Source: Anaerolineales bacterium (GTDB lineage Bacteria; Chloroflexota; Anaerolineae; JAAEKA01). From it: 64,000 nucleotides of DNA. The position numbers and the translations under genes are program-made. The notes beneath the pieces are model-generated. The model saw nothing but the letters and a program-made list of their open reading frames with translations. It searched no databases and was not told the origin of the DNA. The DNA lies in contig JACKBI010000019.1 in the NCBI GenBank assembly GCA_020634615.1, positions 52,911 through 116,910 on the forward strand, in the 5' to 3' direction. This document shows, piece by piece, positions 19,015-29,094 of this stretch (position 1 is its first letter; each line of letters starts with the position of its first letter).

Positions 19015-20070
19015 ATGACTGATCCTTTGACCAACCTCCAGTGCCCGATCCCGATCAGCGACTACCCGACCGTCACGCTGGCTCATGGCGGCGGCGGGCG
19101 ACTGACACAGATGCTGATCGAGCGCATGTTCCTGCCGGCGTTCGACAACCCGCAGCTTGTCCAGCAGCACGACGGCGCGCTGCTGGAGGTCAACGGCGCG
19201 CGGCTGGCCTTTTCCACCGACTCGTTTGTCATCAGCCCGCTGTTTTTCCCCGGCGGCGACATCGGCTCCCTGGCAGTGCACGGCACGGTCAACGACCTGG
19301 CGATGTGCGGCGCACAGCCGCTGGCCCTTTCGACGGGACTGATCTTGGAGGAAGGGCTGCCGATGGAGGATCTTTGGCGGGTGGTGCAGTCGATGCAAGG
19401 CGCAGCACAAGCCGTGGGCGTCTCTGTGGTTACCGGTGACACAAAAGTGGTGGACCGCGGCAAGGGCGACGGCGTCTACATCAACACCACCGGCATCGGA
19501 CTGATCCCGGCTGGCGTCCAGATTTCACCGACGCGCGCGCGGCGCGGCGATCTGGTGCTGGTCAGCGGTGCGATCGCCGTCCACGGGATCGCCATCATGT
19601 CGGTGCGCGAGGGACTGGCGTTCGAGACGACGCTGGCCAGCGACTCGGCGCCGCTGCACGAGATGGTGCGGGAGATGCTGGCGGTTGGCGGCGACCATGT
19701 GCATGTGCTGCGCGATCCGACGCGCGGTGGTGTCGCCAGCGCGTTGAACGAGATCGCCGGATCGGCACGGATCGGCATCCGGCTGAACGAAGCAGCGATA
19801 CCGATCTGGGATCAGGTGCGTGGGGCGTGCGAGATTCTCGGGCTGGACCCCTTGTATGTGGCCAACGAAGGCAAGCTGCTGGCGATCGTGGCCCCAGAAG
19901 CGGCCGACGCGGTGCTGGCCGCCATGCAGGCGCATTCACTGGGCAGAGAAGCAGCCATTATCGGCGAGGTCACAGAGGAACACCGCGGCCGCGTGGTGCT
20001 GCGCAGCCGCATCGGCGGCTCGCGTGTCGTAGACATGATCAGCGGCGAGCAGTTGCCGCGCATCTGCTGA
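19015..20070 (+). CDS. hypE: Hydrogenase maturation protein HypE
   Basis: [38 protein letters not shown]-terminal QLPRIC. Confidence 0.95.
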   Translation: MTDPLTNLQCPIPISDYPTVTLAHGGGGRLTQMLIERMFLPAFDNPQLVQQHDGALLEVNGARLAFSTDSFVISPLFFPGGDIGSLAVHGTVNDLAMCGAQPLALSTGLILEEGLPMEDLWRVVQSMQGAAQAVGVSVVTGDTKVVDRGKGDGVYINTTGIGLIPAGVQISPTRARRGDLVLVSGAIAVHGIAIMSVREGLAFETTLASDSAPLHEMVREMLAVGGDHVHVLRDPTRGGVASALNEIAGSARIGIRLNEAAIPIWDQVRGACEILGLDPLYVANEGKLLAIVAPEAADAVLAAMQAHSLGREAAIIGEVTEEHRGRVVLRSRIGGSRVVDMISGEQLPRIC

Positions 20071-20157
20071 AAACTCACCACAGAGACGCAGAGAGCGCAC
20101 AGGGGAACTAGTAACCCGCTTTCTGGACTGGCCCCCCCCCCCGCACCAATCACTCTC

Positions 20158-21006
20158 CTACTGCGCCAGAGCAGCTTCGATCCGCCGGCTTAACTCCGCG
20201 TACGATTGGGCGCCGGGTATCAACTCGCCATTGATCGAGAAGGTGGGGCGTAGTCGAATGCTCTCCGCGCGACGGGCGCGGTCCAGTTCGTTGGCTTTGT
20301 CGGCATACTGGCCGTTGTCCAGGCACTGGCGGAACTGATCAAGGTTCGAAACGCCAGCGCGCCCGGCAAACTCAACAAACAAATCGGTGTCTGCGCTCCA
20401 CAACTGGCCCTGCTCCTCATAGAACAGATCGTGAATCGCCCAGAAGAACTGGGGATCCTGCTCGCCGGCGCATTCCGCTGCCTGGTAAGCTTTAGGCGTC
20501 GGCGCTAAGTCCAAAATCGGGTAGTACACGTAGCGAATCTTGCCGCTGTCTGCGTAGTCGGCGATCACTTGCGGCTCGGTGGATAGCACGTATCCACGGC
20601 ACGCGCTTCAGAGGAAATCCGAGTAGTCGATCACCGTCACAGCGGCAGCCGGATTACCGCGGAAGTAAAGACCGTCCTCGGTTTGGCCGAAGGTGCTGGT
20701 CACTTCTGGCGCCGGCTCGGGTGTATCCGTAGGAGGGATTGGGGTGTCGGTGGAAGGCAGCGCAGTAGCCGTCGCCGATGCGACCTCTGCTGCAGCCGGC
20801 GCAGGCGTGTCCGTTGGCTGTTGTGGTGTGTCCTCAGGCGCCACCGTGGGTAGGTTGGTTGCGGTCGCGACGGCTTGTGCCACCTCTTTGACCGGCGTCG
20901 CAGATGACGCAGTCTGCTCCGCTCCGCCGCAGGCTGCCGCCAAAATGCTGACCAACAACAAAAGCGCCAACAATTTCCACTGGCTCGCGCGTCGATCTCG
21001 TTTCAT
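20158..21006 (-). CDS. DsbA/thioredoxin-family lipoprotein, probable selenoprotein (U-S-A-C via TGA at 20608..20610)
   Basis: ORFs 20608..21006 and 20158..20589 are in one frame separated by TGA, giving VTVIDYSDFL-U-SAC. Lipobox LAAAC; cis-Pro loop LRPTFSING. Confidence 0.8.
20579..20597 (-). promoter_or_regulatory. Candidate bacterial SECIS hairpin
   Basis: GUGGAUA-CGUGC-UAUCCAC perfect 7-bp stem starting 10 nt after the in-frame UGA. Confidence 0.6.
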
Positions 21007-21053
21007 ATCTCTCGTTCCTCTGTGTGTCTGAATCGAAGCCGGTGATGCACTCC

Positions 21054-21257
21054 GTCACTCCCGCGCGGGCGGGAGTCCACAACGCACTCAATGCGAAGCG
21101 ATGATTCTGCACAACTGCGCTCTGGATGCCCGCCTTCGCGGGCATGACACATGTTCAAGTCCATCACTCCCGCGCAGGCGGGAGTCTACAACGCACTCAA
21201 GGCGAAGTGATGATTCTGCACAACCATGCTCTGGATGCCCGCTTTCGCGGCCATGAC
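21054..21257. repeat. Two tandem ~95-bp REP-like palindromic units (TCACTCCCGCG..GCGGGAGTC / GGATGCCCGC..GCGGGCATGAC)
   Basis: Near-identical units at 21054..21148 and 21162..21257, including the internal spacer. Confidence 0.8.
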
Positions 21258-21368
21258 GATGCAACCGGACGTTGTTGGGATTGTATTCGCACAACGCCAT
21301 ATATGACGTAGGATGTCTTGCATTCCACAGAGCCGTAACAAACGTGTAAGAACTGGCGCGGGACGCGA

Positions 21369-21400
21369 AAAGCCCGGCTTTGTGAAGAAAACCGGGCTTT
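21369..21400 (-). terminator. Probable terminator downstream of the acyl-CoA dehydrogenase
   Basis: AAAGCCCGG..CCGGGCTTT inverted repeat followed by a T run on the minus strand. Confidence 0.5.
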
Positions 21401-21422
21401 GGAAAACATCAACCGGGGTAGA

Positions 21423-22565
<1,143 letters not shown>

Positions 22566-22626
22566 CGTGGTTTCTCCTGTTGTGACTGCCGCAGGCAGGT
22601 TATGACGCAGTGTGTCAATTAGGCCA

Positions 22627-22655
22627 ATTGTAACACGGCAACGGGCAAAGCACAA
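22627..22655 (-). promoter_or_regulatory. Sigma70-type promoter of the acyl-CoA dehydrogenase
   Basis: TTGTGC-17 nt-TACAAT with TGn extended -10 on the minus strand. Confidence 0.5.
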
Positions 22656-22781
22656 AGGAGGAATCGCGGATTGGCAGAACTTCGCGGATTCCTTGGCCGC
22701 TGGTCCGCGGCTTCCTGGTTATCTGCGGTTCTGGAACGCCCACAGTTGCCGCGGGCGCGGTTGACTTCCCAACAAGCTCCC

Positions 22782-22815
22782 AGAAGTTCGACTTAGCGGA
22801 AAAAGTCGAACCTCT
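22782..22815. repeat. REP-like palindrome, AGAAGTTCGACTT..AAGTCGAACCTCT
   Basis: Same family as 1681 and 4029. Confidence 0.6.
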
Positions 22816-22839
22816 CACGCGCACACAGTGCAGGTCAAT

Positions 22840-23676
22840 CTATTCTCCCCAGCCGCGTGTCTTTTCGTAATCGTTGAATGCCGCCATAAGCTGCCGCGTC
22901 ACCGATCCCGGACTGGCGCGCAAAGGCGTGTCATCGATCTGGCGCACGGGCATGATGCGGCGGTTGGTGCTGGTGATGAATGACTCGTCCCAGCTTGCCA
23001 GCTCAGCCAGCGGCAGAGCCGTCCGCTGCACGGGGATGCCGGCCGCCTCGGCCAACTCGACCGTGATGTTTTCCGTGACACCTTCCAACGCGGTGCCCTC
23101 CAGCGGGCGCAGGAGAACCCCATCGCGCACGGCCAGCAGATTGCACGTGCTGCCCTCGGTGACGTGACCGTGCCGGTCCACGATCAGCCCTTCGTAGGCG
23201 CCTGCACGCTGCGCCTTGAAGCGGGCCAAGGCCTGTGCCAGGCAGTTGGTCGATTTCGCCAGCGGCCAGATTCGCTCCCCTTCACTGCTGACCAGCCAGA
23301 CGCCGGGATCGAACAACGCAGGAGCCAGCTTCGGCTGCGGTTTCATGTACAGACCACATTGCGGCCCGTGGACGCCGTCGCTGCCGTAGGAAACGATGCG
23401 CAGCAGCCCGAAACCGGACGACGTGCCTGCCAGCTTGCGGCACCACTCTCCGATCTCCTCCAGCGAGGCGGGAAACTCCAGGTTGAGGATGCGGGCCGAC
23501 TCGCCCAGCCGCTGCAAGTGCCAGTCGAGGTGGAAAAATCGCCCGTCCTCGAGTTTGATCGTCTCGTAAATGCCAAAACTGTCCACCAGCGACTGGTTGG
23601 CAACGTTGAAACCGGCCTGATCGGCCGGCAGCAGCTCGCCGTTGAGAATGGCGTACGGCGTGGGGGAGTTGTCCAT
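22840..23676 (-). CDS. Class IV aminotransferase (BCAT/PabC-like)
   Basis: GIYETIK, AKSTN (PLP Lys), EGSTCNL, LEGVT, ESFITST. Confidence 0.9.
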   Translation of the reverse strand: MDNSPTPYAILNGELLPADQAGFNVANQSLVDSFGIYETIKLEDGRFFHLDWHLQRLGESARILNLEFPASLEEIGEWCRKLAGTSSGFGLLRIVSYGSDGVHGPQCGLYMKPQPKLAPALFDPGVWLVSSEGERIWPLAKSTNCLAQALARFKAQRAGAYEGLIVDRHGHVTEGSTCNLLAVRDGVLLRPLEGTALEGVTENITVELAEAAGIPVQRTALPLAELASWDESFITSTNRRIMPVRQIDDTPLRASPGSVTRQLMAAFNDYEKTRGWGE

Positions 23677-23700
23677 GGATGCTCCGCGTTGGGAACTGTG

Positions 23701-23765
23701 AGCGGTAATCAGTGATCAGTAAACAGTCAGAGGTCAGGGATCAGAAGTCCGATTACCGATCACTG
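23701..23765. repeat. Inverted heptamer-repeat element related to 15876..15974
   Basis: GGTAATCAGTGATCAGTAAACAG..CCGATTACCGATCACTG. Confidence 0.5.
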
Positions 23766-24491
23766 GGGCACCAGCTTGTCGGCCACCAGACCGGCAAGGA
23801 AGGTGCGCTGGGTGTCGTCGGCGAAGTGGACGGTGACCTGGGCGTCGGGCCCTGCGCCGTTGACGGCGATCACGGCGCCCTTGCCGAAACGTTCATGTTG
23901 CACAACCTGTCCAGGCTCAAAGACAGGCACTGGGCCACTGGACCGGGTGGGACCAACCTGGCGGGCTGCGGCGAACACGTCCGCTTCGCGATCGCGCCAG
24001 AGATCGGCAAACAACGCGAGATCCTCCGGACTGCGTACCCGCCGGCTGATGTCGTCCAGCCGGGTGCGTGCATCGGCCAGTTGCGGCATGAAGGTCAGCT
24101 TGTCAGCCTCCGGACGGTCGCTCTGCGCCAGAGTGCGCGACAGGCGGCTCAGTGTACTGCGCAGGCGCTGAAACTGCTCCGGCGGATGTGGGTAGTCGGG
24201 ATCGATCAGCAGCAGTTCGGTATCGTTCTGGCGACACAACTCGGCGCGGATCTCGTCGCGCTCAGCCTCGGTTTGTGCCTCGTCATCGCTTTGCCGCGGC
24301 TGGCCTTTGGCAGTCAGCCCCACAAAACGAATGGCCAAACCAACCTGAGGATAGAGCTGGTTCAGCTTCAGGGGACGATTGGTAGCCGGGTTGACCAGCC
24401 ATGCCGGGCTGACGTCTTCCTGACATTGGAAGCCATCCATCACCCGAGCCAATATTTCCCGCCAGCCTAAAATGTTGTTTGCACTGCTCAC
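23760..24491 (-). CDS. Hypothetical protein: degenerate Vsr/DUF559-like fold plus PcrA/UvrD-type C-terminal Tudor domain
   Basis: PAWLVNPATNRPLKLN..GLAIRF..ERDEIRAELC and FEPGQVVQHERFGKGAVIAV..VTVHF. Confidence 0.7.
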   Translation of the reverse strand: MSSANNILGWREILARVMDGFQCQEDVSPAWLVNPATNRPLKLNQLYPQVGLAIRFVGLTAKGQPRQSDDEAQTEAERDEIRAELCRQNDTELLLIDPDYPHPPEQFQRLRSTLSRLSRTLAQSDRPEADKLTFMPQLADARTRLDDISRRVRSPEDLALFADLWRDREADVFAAARQVGPTRSSGPVPVFEPGQVVQHERFGKGAVIAVNGAGPDAQVTVHFADDTQRTFLAGLVADKLVPQ

Positions 24492-24588
24492 AAATGCCTC
24501 CGCAAGGGATCTCGAGGTCGGTCACAAGGTTGGCCGTCGAAGGGTCGTGCAAGGATAGCACGGCCAGACCGCTGACGTCAAGTATGAC

Positions 24589-25896
24589 TCAGCGGTAACG
24601 CAACAGCGTGTGCTGCCGAATGCGCAGATCCAGATCCGCCGTGAACGGATACCAACCGGCATGTACTGCGCCCCACAGCGAGACCGCCACGCCGAACAAA
24701 ATCAGCGCCTTGACCGGCCATCTGACCACACGCAGGCCAGCCAGCGCCATCGCGAGGATCAGAAAAGGCAAGAAGTCGGCGGCATAGCGATAGCCATACT
24801 GGACCAGGCCGGTGTTGGCGTACATCAGCGCCGTCAGAAAGATCAGCCCGCTGCTCAGCAGCGCCGCCCATGCCGTCCACGTCCAGCCGCGCAGGAAAGG
24901 CAGCATGACCAGCACCGGCGTCGTGATCAGCAGGCTCAGCCCCTCGGGGTTGAAAGTGACGAAAGGAAATGCGGGCAGCAGCACCGGCAGGCTGGTCAAC
25001 GCGGCGTGCAGATTGCGTTCGAGGTAGGCGTAGCTGAACAGCCCCCAGCGCACGATCTCAGGGTCAGTGCGCCAGCCAAGAAAGCCATAGCCCAACTCCA
25101 AAGGATTGCCAAAACGCAGCCAGTTGTACAGGCCCGACAGCGCCAACAGTGCGCCCAACCCTAGCGCGAAACGCAACAGCGCGCTGGATCGGCTGGTCCG
25201 AAACGAACCGCCGGCCGGCCGTGTGCGCCAGATCTCAGCCAGAACAATGGGGAAGGCGAGGATTACCGCGCCGCGTGACAGGTAGGCCGCGCCCAGCGCC
25301 AGTCCTGCCCAGACCGGCTGACGGCCGCGCCAGGCCGCCGCCAGATAGAGACAAGAAAACACGACTGCTGCGATCTGGCCGGTGTAGTAGACGTTGCTGT
25401 TGACTGCCAGCGCTGCGATGGGGGTACCGAAAGCCAGCAACGCGACCAGCCACAGCCGCTCGTGCTCGCTGTGTTCGGTCTCCGAGGTGAAGCGGCGCAA
25501 AGCCAGGTAAAAAGCAGGCAGGATGGCCGCAGCCAGCGCGACGTGCAGAACGCCGTGGTAGATAGTGCGCCCGAAAACCGCGACCGCAGGCAGGAACAGG
25601 GCAGCCGGCGCCGGCGGGTAAGGAACAAACCAGCGTCCGTCGAACTCCGCCAGGTCGAGGAACGACGCGAGGGGCTGGGCAATGTCCAGCCGGCCGTGCA
25701 GCAGCGCCTCGGCCAGCGCGATATGTTCGTGAGGGGGACGGGCGACCAAACGCGGCCCGGCCAGCAGCCCATAGACAGCCAGACCGGCCAGGTAAAGAAG
25801 CAGAAGGGTTCGGTATGGTCGGGAGGTCAAGCGGTGTTTTGCAGGACGTAAGGAATGAGCAAACGGACGGATTGCAGGTTGCTGCGCACGCGTCAC
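24589..25896 (-). CDS. Polytopic membrane protein, GT-C-like glycosyltransferase (start uncertain)
   Basis: About 10 TM segments; LAEALLHGRL..DGRWFVPYPPAPA loop motif; GYRYAADFLP. Confidence 0.65.
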   Translation of the reverse strand: MTRAQQPAIRPFAHSLRPAKHRLTSRPYRTLLLLYLAGLAVYGLLAGPRLVARPPHEHIALAEALLHGRLDIAQPLASFLDLAEFDGRWFVPYPPAPAALFLPAVAVFGRTIYHGVLHVALAAAILPAFYLALRRFTSETEHSEHERLWLVALLAFGTPIAALAVNSNVYYTGQIAAVVFSCLYLAAAWRGRQPVWAGLALGAAYLSRGAVILAFPIVLAEIWRTRPAGGSFRTSRSSALLRFALGLGALLALSGLYNWLRFGNPLELGYGFLGWRTDPEIVRWGLFSYAYLERNLHAALTSLPVLLPAFPFVTFNPEGLSLLITTPVLVMLPFLRGWTWTAWAALLSSGLIFLTALMYANTGLVQYGYRYAADFLPFLILAMALAGLRVVRWPVKALILFGVAVSLWGAVHAGWYPFTADLDLRIRQHTLLRYR

Positions 25897-25958
25897 TCCC
25901 GCGAAAGCAAGAGTCTGAACTGCACGAGCGCTAGACTCCCGCCTCCGCGGGAGTGACG
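25891..25958. repeat. REP-like palindrome of the 21054 family
   Basis: CGTCACTCCCGCG..CGCGGGAGTGACG inverted arms. Confidence 0.75.
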
Positions 25959-25971
25959 CAACGATGACGAC

Positions 25972-26280
25972 CTAGAAGATGCCCAACTCTTCCTTGGCCC
26001 ACTCGCTCATCATCTCCGGCGACCAGAACGGCTGCCAGACGATGTTCACGGCGACCTCACTGGCCTCGGGGAACTTGCGTTTGACGGTGTTTTTCACATC
26101 GTAGATGATCTGTGGGCCGGCCGGACAGCCGGGGCTGGTCAGCGTCATGTCGATGAGAATGGAGCTCTCATCGACTTCCACGCCGTAGACCAGACCCAGA
26201 TCTACGATGTTGAGTCCAATCTCCGGGTCGATCACACTGGCACGAATCGCTTCGCGGACGTCTCGATCGCTAATAGTCAT
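25972..26280 (-). CDS. DUF59/SufT-like metal-sulfur cluster assembly factor
   Basis: VIDPEIGLNIVDLGLVY, MTLTSPGCP, VWQPFWSPEMMS. Confidence 0.9.
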   Translation of the reverse strand: MTISDRDVREAIRASVIDPEIGLNIVDLGLVYGVEVDESSILIDMTLTSPGCPAGPQIIYDVKNTVKRKFPEASEVAVNIVWQPFWSPEMMSEWAKEELGIF

Positions 26281-26298
26281 GTCGTTCTCTCCTCGTGT

Positions 26299-26619
26299 TT
26301 ACCAGTCAATCTCGATATAGATCTTGCCGTCCTTGCAGACAACGGGATAAGCTTCAATCGGCTCGAAGGCCGGCATACAAAGCGCCTTGCCGGTGCGTAT
26401 GTCGAAACGGGCGCCGTGCCGGGGACATTCGACCTCATAGGTGTTGATGATTTCGCCCTCACCCAGCGGTCCGCTGTCGTGGCTACAGACATCTTCCACC
26501 GCGTAGAACTGTTCGTCATCGACGTTGAAGATAGCGATCTCCAGATCATCGATGTTGGTGCTCTTTCTGCCGCCCACGGGTATCTCGCCCGCGGTAGCAA
26601 CTTCCACTAACCTTGCCAT
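26299..26619 (-). CDS. Rieske-type ferredoxin
   Basis: CSHD..ECPRHGARFD Rieske ligands. Confidence 0.9.
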   Translation of the reverse strand: MARLVEVATAGEIPVGGRKSTNIDDLEIAIFNVDDEQFYAVEDVCSHDSGPLGEGEIINTYEVECPRHGARFDIRTGKALCMPAFEPIEAYPVVCKDGKIYIEIDW

Positions 26620-26643
26620 GCGTATTGGTTGTCCTTGCTTTTG

Positions 26644-27030
26644 TTATTCATCGTGCGGCCAGTCCTCGACACCCCAAACGCCAGCCTTCAACGCTTTCAG
26701 CGGCAGCAGCGCGCACTTCAGACGCACCGGACCAATTTCGATGCCCAGCAGATCCAGGATGTCCTCCTTGGTCCAGCTGCGCAGCTCTTCCAGTGGCTTG
26801 CCGATGATCTCTTCAGTCATCATCGACGCCGAAGCCTGGCTGATAGCGCAGCCGCGGCCGTCGAATGCAGCGTCAGTCACGATACCATCCACGATCTGCA
26901 GCTCCAGCGTGATCTCGTCGCCGCAAAACGGGTTGTGGTCGTGATACGACACATCGGGCTCATCGAGATGCCCCTTGTGACGCGGGTATTTGTAGTGATC
27001 GAGGATTGCCTCGCGATAGAGTTGGTCCAT
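26644..27030 (-). CDS. sufU: SufU/IscU-family protein
   Basis: ILDHYKYPRHKG, NPFCGDEI, GCAISQASASMM, RLKCALLP. Confidence 0.9.
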   Translation of the reverse strand: MDQLYREAILDHYKYPRHKGHLDEPDVSYHDHNPFCGDEITLELQIVDGIVTDAAFDGRGCAISQASASMMTEEIIGKPLEELRSWTKEDILDLLGIEIGPVRLKCALLPLKALKAGVWGVEDWPHDE

Positions 27031-27032
27031 AA

Positions 27033-28256
27033 TTAGAAACTAAACACCGATTGTACTTTTTCCAGCGCCGCCGCCAGCCGATCCACTTCTTCGAATGTAT
27101 TGTAAAAGTAAAAGCTGGCGCGCGCCGTGGCGGCAATTCCGAAATGGTCGTGAATGGGTTGGGCGCAGTGGTGACCGGCGCGAATCGCGATACCTTCGGA
27201 GTCTAGGATCGCGGCGATGTCGTGCGGATGGATATCGGCCAGCGTGAACGCTGCCACACCGCTGCGCTGCTCGCCGCTCGGGCCGATGATGCGCAGCCCC
27301 TCGACCTGAGTGAGCTTCTCCACGGCGTAACTGACCAGCGCGTGTTCCTGTTCGCGCACCCAGCCCATCCCCAGGTTGCTCAGGTAATCCACCGCCGCGC
27401 CAAGGCCGATCACCTCGGCGATGGCAGGCGTGCCGGCTTCGAACTTCCAGGGCAGCGAGTTCCAGCGCGAGCCGTCCATGTGCACCTCGCGGATCATATC
27501 ACCGCCGCCCATGAACGGCGACATCTCCTCAAGCGCGGCGCGGCGGCCGTAGAGTACGCCGACGCCGGTCGGTCCGCACATCTTGTGGCTGCTGAAGACC
27601 AGGAAGTCGCAATCCAGCGCCTGCACGTCCACGGGCATGTGCGGCACGCTTTGCGCCGCGTCCACCAACGCCAGCGCGCCGACCGCGTGCGCCCTGGCCA
27701 CCAATTCCGCGGCCGGGTTGATGGCGCCCAGCACATTGGACATGGCGACGAATGCGAACAGCCGGGTGCGCTCTGTCAACAGTTCATCCAGCAAATCGAG
27801 ACGCAGACTGCCCTGCGCGTCGATGGGTACATAGCGCAGGGTCGCCCCGGTACGCTGGCAGATCAGCTGCCAGGGCACGATGTTGGCGTGGTGTTCCATC
27901 TCGGTGATCAACACCTCGTCGCCCGGACCAAGATTGTCCAACCCCCAGCTATACGCGACCAGATTGATGGCCTCAGTGGCGTTGCGGGTGAAGATGATTT
28001 CCTTGCTGCTGCCGGCATTGATGAAGCGGCCAATTCGTCCGCGCGCGCCTTCATACTGCGCCGTCGCCTCTTCGCTCAGCGTATGCACGCCGCGGTGAAC
28101 ATTGGCGTTGGTGTTGCGGTAATAGTCGTCCATCGCCTGCAGGACGGCCAGCGGCTTTTGCGAGGTGGCAGCGTTGTCCAAATACGCCAGTTGGTGGCCG
28201 TTGACCACACGCTGCAGGATGGGGAAATCCTTGCGAATCGTCTCAATGCTCGTCAT
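27033..28256 (-). CDS. sufS: Cysteine desulfurase, SufS type
   Basis: YLDNAATSQKP, NVHRGVH, EHHANIVPW, FSSHKMCGPTG, IRAGHHCAQP. Start could be 28256 or 28265. Confidence 0.95.
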   Translation of the reverse strand: MTSIETIRKDFPILQRVVNGHQLAYLDNAATSQKPLAVLQAMDDYYRNTNANVHRGVHTLSEEATAQYEGARGRIGRFINAGSSKEIIFTRNATEAINLVAYSWGLDNLGPGDEVLITEMEHHANIVPWQLICQRTGATLRYVPIDAQGSLRLDLLDELLTERTRLFAFVAMSNVLGAINPAAELVARAHAVGALALVDAAQSVPHMPVDVQALDCDFLVFSSHKMCGPTGVGVLYGRRAALEEMSPFMGGGDMIREVHMDGSRWNSLPWKFEAGTPAIAEVIGLGAAVDYLSNLGMGWVREQEHALVSYAVEKLTQVEGLRIIGPSGEQRSGVAAFTLADIHPHDIAAILDSEGIAIRAGHHCAQPIHDHFGIAATARASFYFYNTFEEVDRLAAALEKVQSVFSF

Positions 28257-28277
28257 CACTATCATCCATTCAATCAC

Positions 28278-28338
28278 GTTCGTAGTAGCGACTTCAGTCG
28301 CCTCCGGGCCGGAAGCGACTGAAGTCGCTACTACGAAC
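28278..28338. repeat. Perfect 24-bp inverted repeat (REPIN-like, GTAG-headed REP pair)
   Basis: GTTCGTAGTAGCGACTTCAGTCGC-13 nt-GCGACTGAAGTCGCTACTACGAAC. Confidence 0.85.
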
Positions 28339-28341
28339 CGT

Positions 28342-28743
28342 TTATCTCGTCATCTGCTGCTGCTGAAGCTGGCGGCCGGCCTCTTTGACTGCGTTGAAGG
28401 CCAGCAGCGAGCAATTGCGGCGCGCCGCGGCGATGTCCGGTCCGATCATCTCCAGCAGCGGCTCTGCCGTCGCCTCGTCGATCTGACGCAGCGTGCGCCC
28501 CTGCATCATCTGCATTACCATGGACGCAGCCGCCTGGCTGACCGTACAGCCTTCGCCTTCAAAAGCAATCTCTACAGAATCGCTCGACTCCGCGACGGTC
28601 ATATATACCGTCACCGTATCACCGCAGCCGGGATTGCCCCCGGTAACAGCCGTGCCAGGTACGTCCAGACGCCCATGGAAACGCGGGTGCTCGAAGTGGT
28701 CCAGGATCAGATCGATGCGCTCTTGCCGGTTCATTGTGTTCAA
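28342..28743 (-). CDS. Second SufU/IscU-family protein
   Basis: ILDHFEHPRFHG, NPGCGDTV, GCTVSQAAAS, RRNCSLLA. Confidence 0.85.
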   Translation of the reverse strand: MNTMNRQERIDLILDHFEHPRFHGRLDVPGTAVTGGNPGCGDTVTVYMTVAESSDSVEIAFEGEGCTVSQAAASMVMQMMQGRTLRQIDEATAEPLLEMIGPDIAAARRNCSLLAFNAVKEAGRQLQQQQMTR

Positions 28744-28935
28744 AAAGGGCGAGACAAGCTCGCCCGGTCAGAGTCTGTCGCATTATCGCGCCTGTAGGCA
28801 CGAAGGGCAAATCAATCGCCTGCTGTCGTCACGCGCGCGCTTTGACGCCGCGGCTGGGACATGATACGATGCCATGCGACGGTCACCTCAAGTCACACTT
28901 GCTACCTGAAAGGTAACTATTCAGTCTGCCTCCGC

Positions 28936-29048
28936 CCAGGGATTGAAATCCCCCGGCTGAAAGCACGAAGCGGCCTCAGTCGCTGGGAGTCGGTCGGCCA
29001 GGCCCTGAGGGGCCTTCGTACTTTCAGCCAGTGAATTTCATTCACTGG
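28936..29048. repeat. REPIN-like composite palindrome
   Basis: Outer hairpins CCAGGGATTGAAATCCCCCGG and CCAGTGAATTTCATTCACTGG; inner arms GGCTGAAAGCACGAAG / CTTCGTACTTTCAGCC. Confidence 0.65.
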
Positions 29049-29094
29049 TTTGGTGTAGGCTGAATAGTTACCCTGAACGAAGAAAGGCCCATCC

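Noticed and set aside
20132-20142. C11 tract as a phase-variation switch
   Set aside because: Intergenic between convergent stops, so there is no frame or promoter to affect.
21054-21257. Possible CRISPR array
   Set aside because: Only two units, the 'spacers' are nearly identical, the arms are REP-type palindromes, and no cas genes are present.
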